A stretch of DNA of 64,000 nucleotides from Callorhinchus milii (lineage: Eukaryota): assembly GCF_018977255.1 (NCBI RefSeq), contig NW_024704743.1:35094001-35158000 (forward strand). The letters are read 5' to 3'. The notes beneath the pieces are model-generated. The model was not told the DNA's origin. It searched no databases and saw only the letters and a program-made list of their open reading frames with translations. The translations under genes and the position numbers were made by a program. The stretch's first letter is position 1. Each line of letters opens with the position of its first letter. This document shows positions 35,527 through 49,384 of the stretch, one piece after another.

Positions 35527-37037
35527 ATTGGTTTGATGCAGATAGAGGCTGAATGATTGGTTAAGTTTGATGAATAAATGATAAATTGAATGCTAACAAC
35601 GGCACCCAAAGTACGAGGAAAAGCTGAAAGCTGGGGAAGCTCGGGGGTGGGAATCTTAATTGAAGTATTCAAGATCCTAAATGGCAAAGGTGCAAAACCC
35701 AATAATTTCCTCAACATGGTCAAACAATCTATTGTGAGAGGACACACACTGGAGCTCAGAAGAGGGAAGTTGAATGAAACCAATGACTTCATACAATGGT
35801 GAAGCCAATACCATCAAAAGCTTTCCTATATTGTTGTCTTCTCCTTCTTTAGAATACTCCATCACAAGGCACTCCAGGCCAGACCTGGCAAAGCACAACT
35901 CAAATGACAGCAAAGACTACTGCTTATGTGGAACAGAGTCCAGTTTGACTGCCAGATACAGTTGCATCCAAGCTTTTATACTTTATGGAATATGGATAAA
36001 GCCCTTGTTGTTCAGCTAACATTTCTGATGTCCTGCTGCTTAAAATCCAACAGATCTGCAGAAGAAGGCTAAATCCTGGTGAAGATGGCGAAATGCAACT
36101 CTCAAAATTACAAATGCAACATTACCCTTCCAAAAACAATTCAGAAAGAAGCATATGTTCTGAAGCTCTCCCTCGGAGCAAACCACCTAAACTTAGAATA
36201 AACCACCTTACAAATTAAATGGTATAAAGACTAGAGATGTATCTAGAAATTAAGTTGGAAGAGTGTTATCTGAACCCTTCAAAGTAACTCTCTCCTTAGG
36301 AATTACCTTCTACGAAAGAGGAATTTTCCCATAGATACGAATATTTTCTACACAGAATGGCCCATCATGTCTGTGTCACTGCTACCCGTTTCTCTCAATC
36401 ACCCCTTTTTTATATTAATTCCACTTTCCAACTTTCCCTATATCCCTTAATGTTTGTTTTACTGCTCAATTGCTTATCCAGTTCCCTTTTGTATGATTCC
36501 ATTGGTCCAGTCTCAGGAGCCCCTTGCGGTAAAATAATTCAAAACCCTAACAACACCCCTGCAAGCTTTTCCTTTAAATGATCTCTTTGAGTAGTTGAAG
36601 CAAGTGGAAAAATTCCCTTAAAATACAAGCACCTTGTAACACCACTTGAGGTTGTCTGTAGCTTGTAGCTTGTCCTAAGTTGGGGAAGGATAATGAGATG
36701 AGGCGAGTTGTTCTAACTACAAAGTAGTAGTTCAATAATTTTGGCTTAAAAAACACTAAATAGATTTGAAAAATCACTGTTTTTTTTCAATAAGACGGAC
36801 AGGTTCCAACTGGTGCAGCATTTATTGATTCTCTCTGAGATTGAATGCTATGAAATCAGCTGTACAGACCCATTGCCTGGCAAGTGCCACACACAACAGA
36901 TCATTTTCAACTCTTTTGGGACATGGAGAACTGGGGGATAAAGACACACTTTCTTGAGTTATCAAAAATTCAGCAAAGAAAGCTACATCTCCTGCCATCT
37001 GAAATGTAAGGGATGATACTGAGGGAAAATATATCAT

Positions 37038-37172
37038 TGTTCTGATGAAAGGGCATCGACCTGAAATGTTAACTCACTTTCCTCTCTCCATAGATGCTGC
37101 CTGACCTGCTGAGTGTTCCCAGCGACTTCTGTTTATATTTCAGATTTCCAGCGTCTGCGATATTTTGCCTTT
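37038..37172 (+). mobile_element. Penelope-like element terminal fragment with hammerhead-like motif
   Basis: ttctgatgaaagggcatcgacctgaaatgttaactc...agatgctgcctgacctgctgag...ttcagatttccagc. A second copy is at 40547-40651. Confidence 0.65.
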
Positions 37173-38399
37173 TATTTACATCATTGTACACTGAGTGACA
37201 TCTGTCTGAAATGGTAAAAGTGGCTTAATTCTCTTTCGGTCCAAGCAACACGAGTGTTCAGCTGTAAAGTACATCGAAGGGAGAGAGGGGATGATCCGAA
37301 AAAGAACCCGTATTTCCATAGATATTCCACTTTACCAAATGTGCTACAATAAACATTGTTATACAAAAAAAATTCCCGAAATGCGGCAAACCTGTAAGTG
37401 CTGGTAGGCCTCACAATTTGCTTTAAAATGGAATATAGTAATTCCCAAAAAGGCCATGTCACATTCTCTTACTGCGTTTAGTTCGTAAAACAGAAACACT
37501 TTCCTTAATAGGCTACTGATTTTAAAACATTTAACCAATTCATTCGCGTCTGCTGTACATCCACAGGGAGTGGAAGGTAATTTAAGGTACATGCTCCTGC
37601 ATACATAAAGCTACATTAAGTCTTTCTGCATCTACTTTCAAATGCTGCAAAATAGCATCCACAAATTATTTTTTTTCCTTCATTGTACCTCTGTATATCA
37701 CATGGGAGGTGTATACATACGACTTTCAGAAAATTGTACAATACATTTCAGAGATTACTAAAATGGTAACATTCCATAAAGATACATTGTTCCTGCCTGC
37801 AATGAAAGGTTTCATCAGGATTTTACATGGCACAGCTCAGCTCACTGCACTGAATCCGCAGGGACGATTTATTGCTTTCTCCAGCTGCAAACTGTAGAAA
37901 GCTTTCCGATCATTATTCCATGGCACAAGAGCTGTCTGTATTCAATAATGCAACCGCCTTTCAGTTGTGCGCTTGTTATTGATACAGTACAGGGATGAAA
38001 ATGTGTGTGTGTGTGAATCCAAGTGAGAAACATTACAAGAGGCTGCACGTTCGCACAAGTGTCAAAATGCCAATCGGGGGAGGAGGCTTGTAAAGAGGTA
38101 CGGTGAAGGAGGGCACATTAGGAGCAGCGGTCTTACAGAAAATTACACACAATGTAGAGCAAGGTTACAGATCAAATGTGTATAAATAAATCACCAGGTC
38201 ACATCTCTGCCGGGCGTGAATGTATTGCACCATTTACAATGAAAACATGAGCATTATCTTGATGTATTGGACCATGTGACTACACCATGAGAACCATCAT
38301 GTAAAGCAGATAGTGGGTACATTTCTCCTGCACCAAGTATTTTGCTTCCTCCTTTTAATCAGACCCAGGGAAGTAGAGGATTTGAAAAATATATTGTGG

Positions 38400-39110
38400 C
38401 CCATTTGACTAGTCTGAAAGTAAAAATAAACTCATATCCCTCGCACCCCTAAATGAATTTCTTCCATCATAGAGCTATTTAATTCCATCCTGAATTTGCT
38501 GATACAAGCCCTTCTTTAGGTAAGTCTATTCCACACATTCACCACTCCCTGTGTAAAATAATTGCAGTATATCTGGACTGTCTGTTATCTTCCCTCTTCA
38601 TATCATGAGTCCATGTCTATTTGCTGTAAAGTTTGTGATTGCGTTAAGCATCTTATTAGGGTTTACTCTTTTCTATCTGTTTCAGTATCTCGAATATTTC
38701 AGCACGATTTCCGTGGAGTCTCCTGTTCTCTCAGATCCTGCAGACTCCCCTCAGATCTCAGGTGCCCAAAATCCAACTATCAATCGGGTTGCCCTTTGCT
38801 GTACCCTCTCCAATGCTAAGATGTCCTTCATGTAATATGATGATGGGTTTTGTAAGCAGTGCCCCAGGTAGGAGCAGACCAGGGTCTTTAGTAGGAGTTC
38901 AGTACAACTCCCAGTAATACTTTATACTCCTTGTCACCATTATCTCCTTAATGAACTCGAACAAATGTGTCGTGCACAGCCGCCCTCCCATAAAGCTGCT
39001 ATAAATCCCTCTTATAATGCCATAACTCTCCAGGTACTTCATTATTTCCTCCCTCAGGACACCCTCCAACACTTTCCTGAGAACAGATGTAAGGCTCATT
39101 ACATTGGAGC
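38400..39110 (-). mobile_element. Degenerate CR1 fragments
   Basis: SLTSVLRKVLEGVLREEIMKYLE in ORF 38899-39354; VVNVWNRL-like remnant near 38530. Confidence 0.6.
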
Positions 39111-39279
39111 TCTCCTCTTTTCTCTGCTGGACTTCTTTCTTCATAGAAAGAATGCTGTTCCTTTTTAAAAATCTGACTCTCCCCATTAGTTTAAATCCTC
39201 CCCCACTGTTCCACTCCATTTCTCTGTCAGCCCAGGGGTCCATGTCTTTTCCATTTGAACAGATTTGTTCTGTCCAAGA

Positions 39280-39958
39280 AATTTCAGCATTGGTGGTTGG
39301 ACCTTCAGCCTTTCTATCCCCACCCTCTGGAACTCCATCCCGGAATTCCTCCATCCCTCCCCTTCACCCCCTCCTTTGCCTCTTCAAGGGCCGTCTCAAG
39401 ACTTTCCTCTTGCATTGTACTTTCGGACACCTTCCTATTCCCCCTAACAACAACAACAACAACTTGGTTTTATATAGCGCCCTCCACTCCGGACTACGTC
39501 TCAGAGCGCTTCACAGTAACGGATCCCGAGGCTAAGCCAGGGGGAGGGGGAGGAAGGTGACCAAAGGCACAGTCGAAAAGAAAGATCTTCAGCAGAGACC
39601 TGCAAATAGGAAGAGAGGGGGCGAGGCGAAGGGAGTGAGGAAGTGAGTTCCAGAGCCTCGGGGCATAGTGGCTGAAGGCACAGCCGCCGAGGGTGGAGCA
39701 GAGGACTTGGGGGACAAGGAGGAGGCCAGACCCGGAGGAACGAAGGCAATGGTCACTGTTCTGAGGAGAGAGGAGGTCAGAGAGGTAGGGGTTGCAGAGG
39801 AGTGGAGGGATTTGAAGACAAGAGTGAGGATCTTGAAGTTGATCTCTGGGACAGGCAGCCAGTGCAGTCTGACAAGGACTGGGGTGATTGGGGAGCGGAG
39901 TTTGGTGCGGGTGAGAATGCAGGTGGCAGAGTTTTGAATAATCTGGATTTTATGGATG
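39280..39958. mobile_element. Tail-to-tail L2 3' fragments (+ 39280-39440, - 39446-39958)
   Basis: Both show L2 C-terminal motifs; (CAA)n at 39446. Confidence 0.78.
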
Positions 39959-40546
39959 GTAGTGGATGGGAGGCCCTACCTTCCGCCCCTCTTGATTCCA
40001 ACCCCAAGCAGACCTTTAACTATTCAGCGCCTTGGGATGTCATGAGAGAAAGACTTTGATGTGCAGGCAGACACCAGAGGTTGCTCCAAATAGGGTCAGC
40101 TACTCATTTCTAATTTGTCAAGATTTCAAGCAGCAGTGAATTTTCAAACACGGTTCGCAGAGCTCCCAGCTTTGCTGGAAGGCTATTTAAATCTAATTTG
40201 ACAGGAGTTATCAGAGAGCTTATTGGGCTGCTACATTCTTACTTTTTGTTGTAAATTTTTTCTATTCTTGCGGGATACAGTTTCACAGACAATTCTTTCC
40301 GTCCGGGTGGCTGTTCCCTCTCGTGTGAACCTATGCACACACAGGCAGCCACATCAGTATCGTAGTAATCACACAAAATCTATGCACTATTAGCTGTATT
40401 GATGTTTGTTTTAGTAATCAGGCAGTGAGTAAGTGAGAGTGAGGTGAGAGTGAGTGACTTTTAGAAAGTGGCCTTTGTTCAGATGTTACTAAAAAAAAAT
40501 CTATACAGCTAATAGTGCACAGGCATTGTGTGCTTACTGTGATACT

Positions 40547-40651
40547 AAAGGCAAAATACTGCCGATGTTGGAAATCTGAAATAAAAACAGAAGTCGCTGG
40601 GAACACTCAGCAGGTCAGACAGCATCTACGGAGAGGAAAGTGAGTTGACAT
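40547..40651 (-). mobile_element. Second Penelope-like terminal fragment
   Basis: Reverse-complement match to 37067-37172. Confidence 0.65.
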
Positions 40652-41605
40652 CACCAGTTTGTGTTTATAGAAGATTTTAGTGTTCCTGATTATGTTACCC
40701 GCTAATTGTTTCTTATGTGCTCTCTTTGCCCCTCTTATTTACTTTCTCAGTTCTCCTCTGCACTTCCTGTATTCTGCTTGATTCTCTAGTGTATTTTTAA
40801 GCTGACATTTATCATAAGCCTCCCTTTTCTGTTTCATTTTAAGCCCAATTTCCTTAGTCATCCAGGGCGCACTTGCTTTGGATGCCCTACCTTTCACCCT
40901 CATGGGAATGTGTTTGGTCTGTACCGTAACTATCTCTTCCTTGAAGGCCTCCCATTGCTCATTTCCTGGTCTATTAGAGAGCCATGCCTCTCATTTATGG
41001 AGGCTATGGCAGGGCCCTCCAATAGACCAGAGGCCTCTGTGATGCATCTGAGCATGTATGCCCAACCTCCCTTGTGGCCTGAGATGGGCCTATGAACTCG
41101 CCACTACAGATATCTTGTCCCTTTTCCCTTGGAGTGACGAGTTATCAGCAGTTTACTCACCAGGTGTTGATTATATACTGTTTAGCAGTAAAGCACATGG
41201 TTATAGACATTTGCAGGTACACATTGCAGGCTTTGAAAGTGTCAATCCGCAAGATCACACATTGAAAGTGGATATTTACAGGGAAATTAGTTAGGGTGCA
41301 TGCCAGGTTTCTAAATGCAGTCTTCAGAATGCCGTCAGTTTCTATAATAAGCCAGGGACAGCTTTGCATGATGCATTTTATTAAACTGACAGAATTTTAA
41401 ATTTGCATTTCTTCTTACTATTGCTAAAAATAAAGTTTAAGTGCTCCACAACATTTTTCTCTCACCAGTATCTGTGACAACAAATATAGACGTACATTCC
41501 ACCACAACTCTAAAAAAACAGCAAAAAAAAATTCAGCTTCCAACATTCATTCTTCTAACGAAACATGTTGTTGGTACGGCTGTTGCCACCCCACAAAGGG
41601 AGATC

Positions 41606-41890
41606 AAAACTTTAGGCAAGTTTCTTTACTCCACACGCCTCTGTTTACCTAGCAGTAAGTAGGAACCTGGTTGTTAGGTGATTGGCAGATCACTTTTCAA
41701 GGGGGAATAATCGCTTTTTAAAAAAAATTGATCGCTCAGTCCACGGCTGTTTGTGTGCAATTGGCTGCCGTGTTTCACCCACAAAAATACAGTCGGTTCA
41801 CTTTGCGATATGTTCTGTGAAGAGCTTTGAGACTTCTTGAAGTCATGACAAGGCGCTATATCAAATGCAAGGATTTTTATAATTATTATT
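41606..41890 (+). mobile_element. Long-subfamily SINE lacking head
   Basis: gcctctgtttacctagcagtaagtaggaacc segment, Deu segment and tail. Confidence 0.8.
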
Positions 41891-42079
41891 AAGGGGCAAT
41901 CACCTGGTTGACAATACCCCTTAAATAAACTGGTGCCCTGTGCGGTCAGGTGTTGATCCCCACCATCGTGTGTGTAACACCTGAACCATGTTCTTAATTT
42001 TCTGTTCACAGGCAGCATCAAAACATTGAGAAATATAAAACAGAGCAACCCCATACCATCTTGGGGCAGAAATGGCAAA

Positions 42080-42310
42080 CAAAGAGCAGAAAAAATAGAG
42101 TAAAAGTGTGTGAGTAAAAAAAGTGAGAGTTAAAAAAGAAAGTGAGAGAGTGTAGAAAAGTGAGTGAGAGAGAAAAAGAGGATGAGAGAGTAAAAGAGAG
42201 TGAGGAAGAGAAAATGTATGTGTGAGAGGGAAAGTGTGAGAGAAAAACAATGAGAAAAAAGAGTTTGTCTGTGTGTGCCTACGCACGCACGAGAGAGGGA
42301 GAAATAGAAT
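42080..42310. repeat. GA-rich low-complexity tract
   Basis: Degenerate gagagaaaa/gtgaga repeats. Confidence 0.75.
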
Positions 42311-42911
42311 GATTAGAGAGGCGCTGCTCAGATAGTCGTTCAAACATGATGAGTAAATAAGCACTATGCTCTATTCATTCCACATCCATGGCATCGCCTT
42401 TCTGAGCAAACCCACACCAGCGACCTCTGAACTCAGTCTCTACTGGGAATTTCACTGAGGAACTTGCGACCAATTAAGTAAATTGTCCCATTGACCACTG
42501 TGAATTCAACAGCCCCCTCTGGTGATGAATGAGGAAAAGACATTTTCAAATATGACTGATATGATAAAACCACTCTATCACGGCACTGGTACTGAGTGGT
42601 ATAGGCCATTAGTAGGAATAAAGCAAAGCACTGACGGGAAACTGCTTCACATTCAGCGATCAGGTGACCAGCCAATGCCTCAAGAACCAGTTAAGAATCC
42701 TGTCAGGCAACAAAAGCCATGTTCAGAGACACCCTCTGAACAAGATACAATCAGAGTAACTTACCTATGCCTTTCTAATAGGGAACTTTAAGTCAAGCTA
42801 ATTCCTGTGGGACCAAAGCCTCATTGGCACTCACTAATACCCAGATTTCTGGGCACTAATCAGAGGATAAGGAGATACAAAGGCCTTGACATCCTTAGTC
42901 TGAAGCCTTAA

Positions 42912-43165
42912 AATAATAATAATAATAATCCTTGCATTTGATATAGCGCTTTTCACGTCGGGAGGACATCCCAAAGCGCTTCACAGAATATACTGTAAAG
43001 TGAATTGACTGTATATTTGAGGGCGAACGCGGCAGCCAATTGCGCACAGCAATGTCCCACAAACAGTCGTAGATTGAAAATGACCAATTTATTATTGTTT
43101 TTAGTTTTGGAGGGATTATTATTAGGCTCTGTGTGGAGTAAGGAAACTTGCCCAAGGTTTCGCCC
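42912..43165 (-). mobile_element. Young SINE lacking tRNA head
   Basis: Near-identical to 4431-4690. Confidence 0.9.
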
Positions 43166-43296
43166 CCAAGGTAATGCAGAATTTTGGAAATTTCTTCAAC
43201 TCAGTCTTAATTTGTAAGCCAGTTTTCTGCAGTTCAGCTCACCACAGGTAATTTCAAACTAGACTGTATTGAACCTGCCTTGAACAAAAACAACAT

Positions 43297-44108
43297 TAAC
43301 ATACCATAACATGTAGGAGCAGGAGTAGACCATTCGGCCCTTCGAGCCTGCCCCGCCATTCAATCATGGCTGATCTTCTAATCTAACTCCAGCTAATAAC
43401 CTGACACTGCCTTATCCCCATAGACCTTAATCCCTTTTGCAATAAGAAATCTATCTATCTCAGTCTTGAATATGTTCAAGGACTGAGCGTCAACAGCCCT
43501 TTGGGGTAGTGAGTTCCATACATTCACCCCTCTAAGTTCTTCCTCAACTCAGTGCGAAACGGCTGGCCTCTGATTTTAAGATTGTTACCCCTGGTTTTAG
43601 GTTCTCCAACCAGGGGAAACAATCTCCCACTATCTACTCTATCATGCCCTTTGATGACCTTATAGGTTTCTATAAGATCCCCTCTAATTCTTCTATATTC
43701 TAGAGAATATAGGCCCAAATTGGTCAGCCTATCCTCGTAACTCATCCCTGGTACTAACCTGGTAAATCTACGCTGCACTCCCTCCAAGGCAAGTACATCC
43801 TTCCTTAAATAAGGAGACCAAAACTGCACACAGTATTCCAGGTGTGGTCTCACCAGGGCCCTGTACAGTTGCAGCAAGACTTCCCTACTCTCTTACTCTA
43901 ATCCTTTCATAATGAATGCTAACATACCGTTCGCCTTCCTAATTGCTGCTGCACCTGCAGACTAACCTTCTGTGATTGGTGTACAAGGACACCCAAGTCC
44001 CTCTGGACACTAACACATTCCAATCGCTCTCTAAAAAATAACCCGCTCTACTGTTTTTGCTACCGAGGTGGATGACTTTGCACTTCCCTACATTATACTT
44101 CATCTACA
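43297..44108 (-). mobile_element. CR1 3' portion
   Basis: LQLYRALVRPHLEYCVQFWSPYLRKDVLALEGVQRRFTRL; tail gaagggccgaatggtctactcctgctcct. Confidence 0.92.
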
Positions 44109-45267
44109 TAAGAATACACTAAATGTCTCTTACTGAGAGAGCAACAGGTGCAGAACAACAACTACTACTTGTATTTATAAAACGGGCAGTGTCTCGGAGA
44201 ACTTAAACAGCAGCAGCTAATAATGGGAGAAAAGACTGTTGGACTGGATTATGGTCAGGCCATTTTGTCAAGAATGCATGAGAAAACTCACAACACAAGA
44301 CCTAGAAATAATAAGAACAACAATTTGCATTTATATAGCACCCTCCACGCCATGTGGCATCCCAGAGCGCTTAACAATGGTGTAGCCCAGCTCTTGCCAC
44401 TTCCAATCACTTTCCAAGTGACCCCTGGGAGCAGCCAACAGAAAACAATGTCGCCCTTTATTGCAATAATTGGAATATATATAAAATAATTATTGCACTT
44501 GATATGGCGTCGTATTACGTCTTTGAGACGTCTCAAGGCGCTTCACAGGATATAGTGGTATGTTCACAGGATTCACTGTAATGTGGTGTGACAATGTACT
44601 TTTTTGGGTGGACAAACATTTTTTGTGTCATAAAACTACATAGATTTAATTCTCCTTTCCAATTTTCTCTGAAGCAATGTGACTAAAAAGGTGACCATCA
44701 AAATATGCCTACTTCCTGCATTGCGAACACAAAATCTAAGCAAAAAAAAGTAACACGATAAAAGTAACAACTAACACACCCAATTTTTAATTGAAGTTCA
44801 TTTGCATGTAGCAAATCGGATTTATGTTGTTTCACTTTAACCCGTTTGTACCACCTACTGTATGCAATGGAGAATTTTCCATGTGGGTACCACAGCTCTA
44901 CAATAAAGTGCCGTTCATCAGGCGGCAGTAATTTACATACACCTTTAAAATCACAGAGGGCAATAATAATGGTATCACAGCAGACTCACAGACTACCCTG
45001 TTCACAAGACTCAAGCATCAAACTGCCCCACACTTTGAAAAACGCTGGTATAAAGGGAACTATTACAGTTCTTACCTGTGATAGAGCAGAGAACTGCTCC
45101 ACCTTCCTTGAGGAAGACAACAACAACAACTTGCATTTATATAGCGCCCTCCATGCCAGGCGGCATCCCAGAGCACTTGTCAGAAATGGTCCAGTAGTCC
45201 TCTATTCTATCAGACTACATTCTTTAAGTCTGCGACCCTTCAATATGTCAGCATTGAGGTGTCAGCC

Positions 45268-45692
45268 AGGCTCAATTAGTAGCACTATCATCCCTGAATC
45301 AAAAGGGTGTGGGTTCAAACCACACATCAGAATTTCACGCTCACAGTCTAGACAAGGCACACCAGTGCAGTACTGGGGGTGTGCTGCACTGTTGGAGGTG
45401 CTGTCTTCTTGGATTTAGATGGTAAACTGAGGTCCTGTCTGTCTGTTCAGTTGGATGTTAAAGATGCCATAGCACTATTTGAAAAGAAAAGGGTGTTCCT
45501 TCAAGTGTCCCGGCCAACAATCCCCCAAATAAAATTGCCATTTCACTTCATGGCTGTTTGTGGCACATTGCTTTATGTAAATTGGCTGCCACAATCACCT
45601 ACAAAATACGCAATCACTACACTTTACAGTAAATCCGGTGAAGCGCTTTGAAATGTTTTGGCCGCTGAGATAAGACTGTATCAAATGCAAGT
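45268..45692 (+). mobile_element. Old SacSINE1-like Deu-SINE, near full length
   Basis: Head with ggttcaaacc B-box, ccagtgcagtactg body, Deu segment and tail. Confidence 0.75.
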
Positions 45693-45749
45693 ATATTCCA
45701 CAATGTTCCACATTGGATGCAGTATTGGTTGAGATGCAGAGTCAAAGGT

Positions 45750-46160
45750 CGTGGAACCGTAGAAATTTGTTATTGATGTATTTAAGAGAAAACCTGATGA
45801 ACACATGAGGGAAAAGGGAATAGAGGGCATAGATGAGGAGTATAGGAGGACAGGGGCTATTGTAGAGTATAAACACCAGCTTAGTATATTCCACTTATTA
45901 CTTGGGCTGAATGGCTTGTTTCCATGCAGTATCATTCTATGTAATTATGGAACACAGAAGAAGTCATTCGGCCCATTTTGGTGATGCTAATTCCCCCACT
46001 GAAACGTTCTGCTCTCATCCAGTTTACTTGCTCTTTAACCATACCTTTCAATCCTTTTGTCCTCAAGTATTTATCTAATTTCTGACTAAAATCTGTTATG
46101 GACTTGCCTTCAGCAGTTTTTTGCAGTAAAACATTCCTCATTCTACCAATCATGTCCATT
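45750..46160. mobile_element. Two CR1 tails, tail-to-tail
   Basis: + tail gggctgaatggcttgtttcc at about 45905; - tail from about 45935. Confidence 0.6.
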
Positions 46161-46164
46161 GGAG

Positions 46165-46755
46165 ATAATTGGCAAAAGAACCAGAGGGGAGAGATTTTTT
46201 TTTACTAAGAGTGTTGTTACAATAATAATAATAATAATAATAATCCTTGCATTTGATATAGCGCTTTTCACGTCGGGAGGATGTCCCAAAGCGCTTCACA
46301 GAACACATTGTAAAGTGAATTGACTGTATATTTGTGGGCGAACGCAGCAGCCAATTGCGCACAGCAATGTCCCACAAACAGTCGTAGATAGAAAATGACC
46401 AATTTATTATTGTTTTTGGTTTTGGAGGGATTATTATTAGGCGTGTGGAGTAAGGAAACTTGCCCAAGGTTTCGCCCTGACCTGCCTGGGATTGAACTCA
46501 GGTCTCTCGCTTGCAAAGCGAGTGCTCTAACCACTGAGCTACAGGACTCCGATCTGGAATGCACTGTCTAAAAGGGTGGTGGAAGCAGATCGATAGTAGC
46601 TTTCAAAAGGGAATTGGATAAGTATTTAAAAAGGAAAAAATTGCATGGCTGTCGGGTGAGAGCAGGGGAGTGGGACTAGTTGGATAGGTCTTTCAAAGAG
46701 CCAGCACAGGCACGATGGGCTGAATGGCCTTCTTCTGTGTTGTAAGATTCTATGA
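46165..46755 (+). mobile_element. CR1 3' end interrupted by a young SINE
   Basis: tttact.agagtgttgttac|gatctggaatgcactg rejoins as a CR1 VVTIWNAL motif; gggctgaatggcct tail. Confidence 0.8.
46221..46550 (-). mobile_element. Young tRNA-Deu SINE, full length
   Basis: Same family as 8683-9002. Confidence 0.92.
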
Positions 46756-49384
46756 TCTCCTTGAATGGTAACATTTCTACCAGGTGCCCAAAACTGGCCA
46801 CAATACTCAGCCAAACCAAGGCCTAGAAAAGTTTAATATTACCTCCTTGCTTTGGGATACCACGCTCCAAAATTTAAAACAGAGAATTCCATGTTTTTTT
46901 TAAAAACAAAGCAACCAAGGACATCTACAATTAGGCCATCAAAGTTGCAGCACAGTCAATGAGGCAGGCTTGCCTGGTCCCAATGGGAAGCACGTTGGGG
47001 TGCCTCCTGACTTTTACCAGCTTGAAAATGCAACCTGTCATGATGATGAAATGGAATCAAATTTATTGGAGCATCAAGAAGAATTTTAATCTACCAAACC
47101 TGACATTTCAGTTTCAAATTAAAATGTAAATTTATCATCAACACAGATGTGTTACAATAACTACAATGTGCAGCTGAACCTTTTCGTTTAATGTGCATAT
47201 TTGACTGACTTAAGACAGGCAACCAGTAAAGGCTGTANTTTTTTCTCTTCTCCCGCCCTCCCCAGCTGTCTGACAATGCACTTGTCATTTCACAGGAATC
47301 ATGAGGACAGAAAAGGCTAAATTATTTGCTGTGATGAACAAACAAAATAAGTATTCTAAGCATGCACTTGCTGAATTGAATAGCTACTACTCCTTGTCTA
47401 CCCAGCAGGGGGCTCCAGGAGTTCAGACAAACCATAAACCCTGCATTAATTAAGCTCAAACATTCACAGCTATTTAAGGAGCTAACATTTGTTATAGTAA
47501 ATTCATCTTCTAAAAATCAAAGCAGCACACTTTTGTCCTAAAATTCTGAATTCAGTCCCTCTTTGATAAGTAGTATGCGGGAAAGCCCGTACAACAGCAA
47601 GCCAAAACAACAGACTGACAAACACACGGTGATCTCTCATTTTTTCACTGCAACAGCTACAAGTCAACCAAATCATGAGAGAGGCTGATAACACCATGTG
47701 CACAATGTGACATTTTGTTTAAACCTTCAGACGATATAATATATGGCATACATGTTGCGCAGTGTCTCTCTTGACAATGGATTGCAAACTCTCTCTTAAT
47801 AAATTTGCATCAATTATATCATGTGAGGACGTTATTTTGAATCAAAAAACAGTTCAAAACAAAAAAATCAAATGTTCATTTTCCTCCCATAGAATCATTG
47901 AAATGACAGCACAGGAGACCATTTGGCCTATCGAGCCCATGCTCCTCCATTGGAGAGCCAATGGTTGCAATGGTCAATGGTTGCTCAGAGCAGGTAGCAC
48001 AACTCTTTATCATCAATGGACCTGGCTATTTAATGAACCAGAGCGTCTTTATTTCCCCAGCCTCCTTTGATATTTTAACCTGAATCAACATTCAAAATGT
48101 TCGAAGGGAAGATGGGTAACGTTGGGAGTTCAGAAAATTTCTACTTCTGATGTTCTATTAATTCTACTAATACGGGTAGAATGAAGTCCATGAAAAATAG
48201 ACACAGAGTTTGAAAATATTAGCTGTTGGACAAAGACGGAAAGAAAATCTGCTTTCAAGTAGTCCTTCGATTAAACAACATCTTCCAATATGATTTGGTT
48301 ATTGGAAGCGTTTTGTTTCACATCTGCCTCGCCACTCCACTGCATTCTATTAGGCATCTCTTTAGTGTCCAAATGTCTTGAAGTGAACTGCATGCTCGAC
48401 AGCCTTCACAAGAATGCAAATTTCCCCTGCACAGTTACTCATAATTTGTCAGGTTGGTGCCTCATTGGATTAACTAATAATTCAAATACTTGACTTGACG
48501 ACCATCAGGTCAAATGTAATGTTGCCGAGATTAATAACCCTGAACCATTAAAATGTAATACATCACTACCACCACGCAGAGCACTGATTAGATCGCAAGT
48601 CAATGTTTTTCTGAAAAAAAGCCAGAGGAAGCTATTCTAGATAAGTGCCACGTTCATTTATCTGGCTGCAGCATGCCCCATTCGAATGGAAAAGCAACAG
48701 CAACTAAAATGTGAATGCAATTGAAAATATGCTTATGCGATATGGAGTTGCCATTTCTTAATATTTTTCTTTTTTGTGATCTACCGGCTCTTTACCCAAG
48801 ACAGATTTTCTAATACAAGTATTGTGTTTAAGTTAAACAAACTTAAGGCTGACTGCTTATAGTTCAGCTGCTTTATAACTGTAAATACATCAACATCTGC
48901 TGAAACCTTCCAATTTTGAGTTAAAACATGTTTAATTCTAACCCACAATAATTCAGCTCCATCCATACAACCAACAAATAATAGGTAATAAATGTGCAAT
49001 TTAATAATTGCCAGTAGCTTCAATTCTGTCTTCAAACGTAACGCTATCCAGAATAGTTCCAAATAAAATTAAAGTTTCAGGCGATTTTCAAAAATAGTAA
49101 TTAAGCAAATGCGCTTTCCGAAAACACTGCTACTTGCAGCAGCTGTAAGCTACTTAGGTCGCTGCAAACATTCATGTACTTTATAATTTAGCAGAATTAG
49201 AAAACTAAATACGTTATTTTGGAAGCAATATTTTTAAGTTAATTTAATTGAAAAGTTTTGGGAAGATTTACTGCAAATATTAGTAGAAAAAACTTGGATA
49301 GCTGTAACGCTGCTCAGAAAAACATATGATTATCTCAGTAACTCATGACATTGCCATCAAAGTAATTATAATAAATAAGAAATA

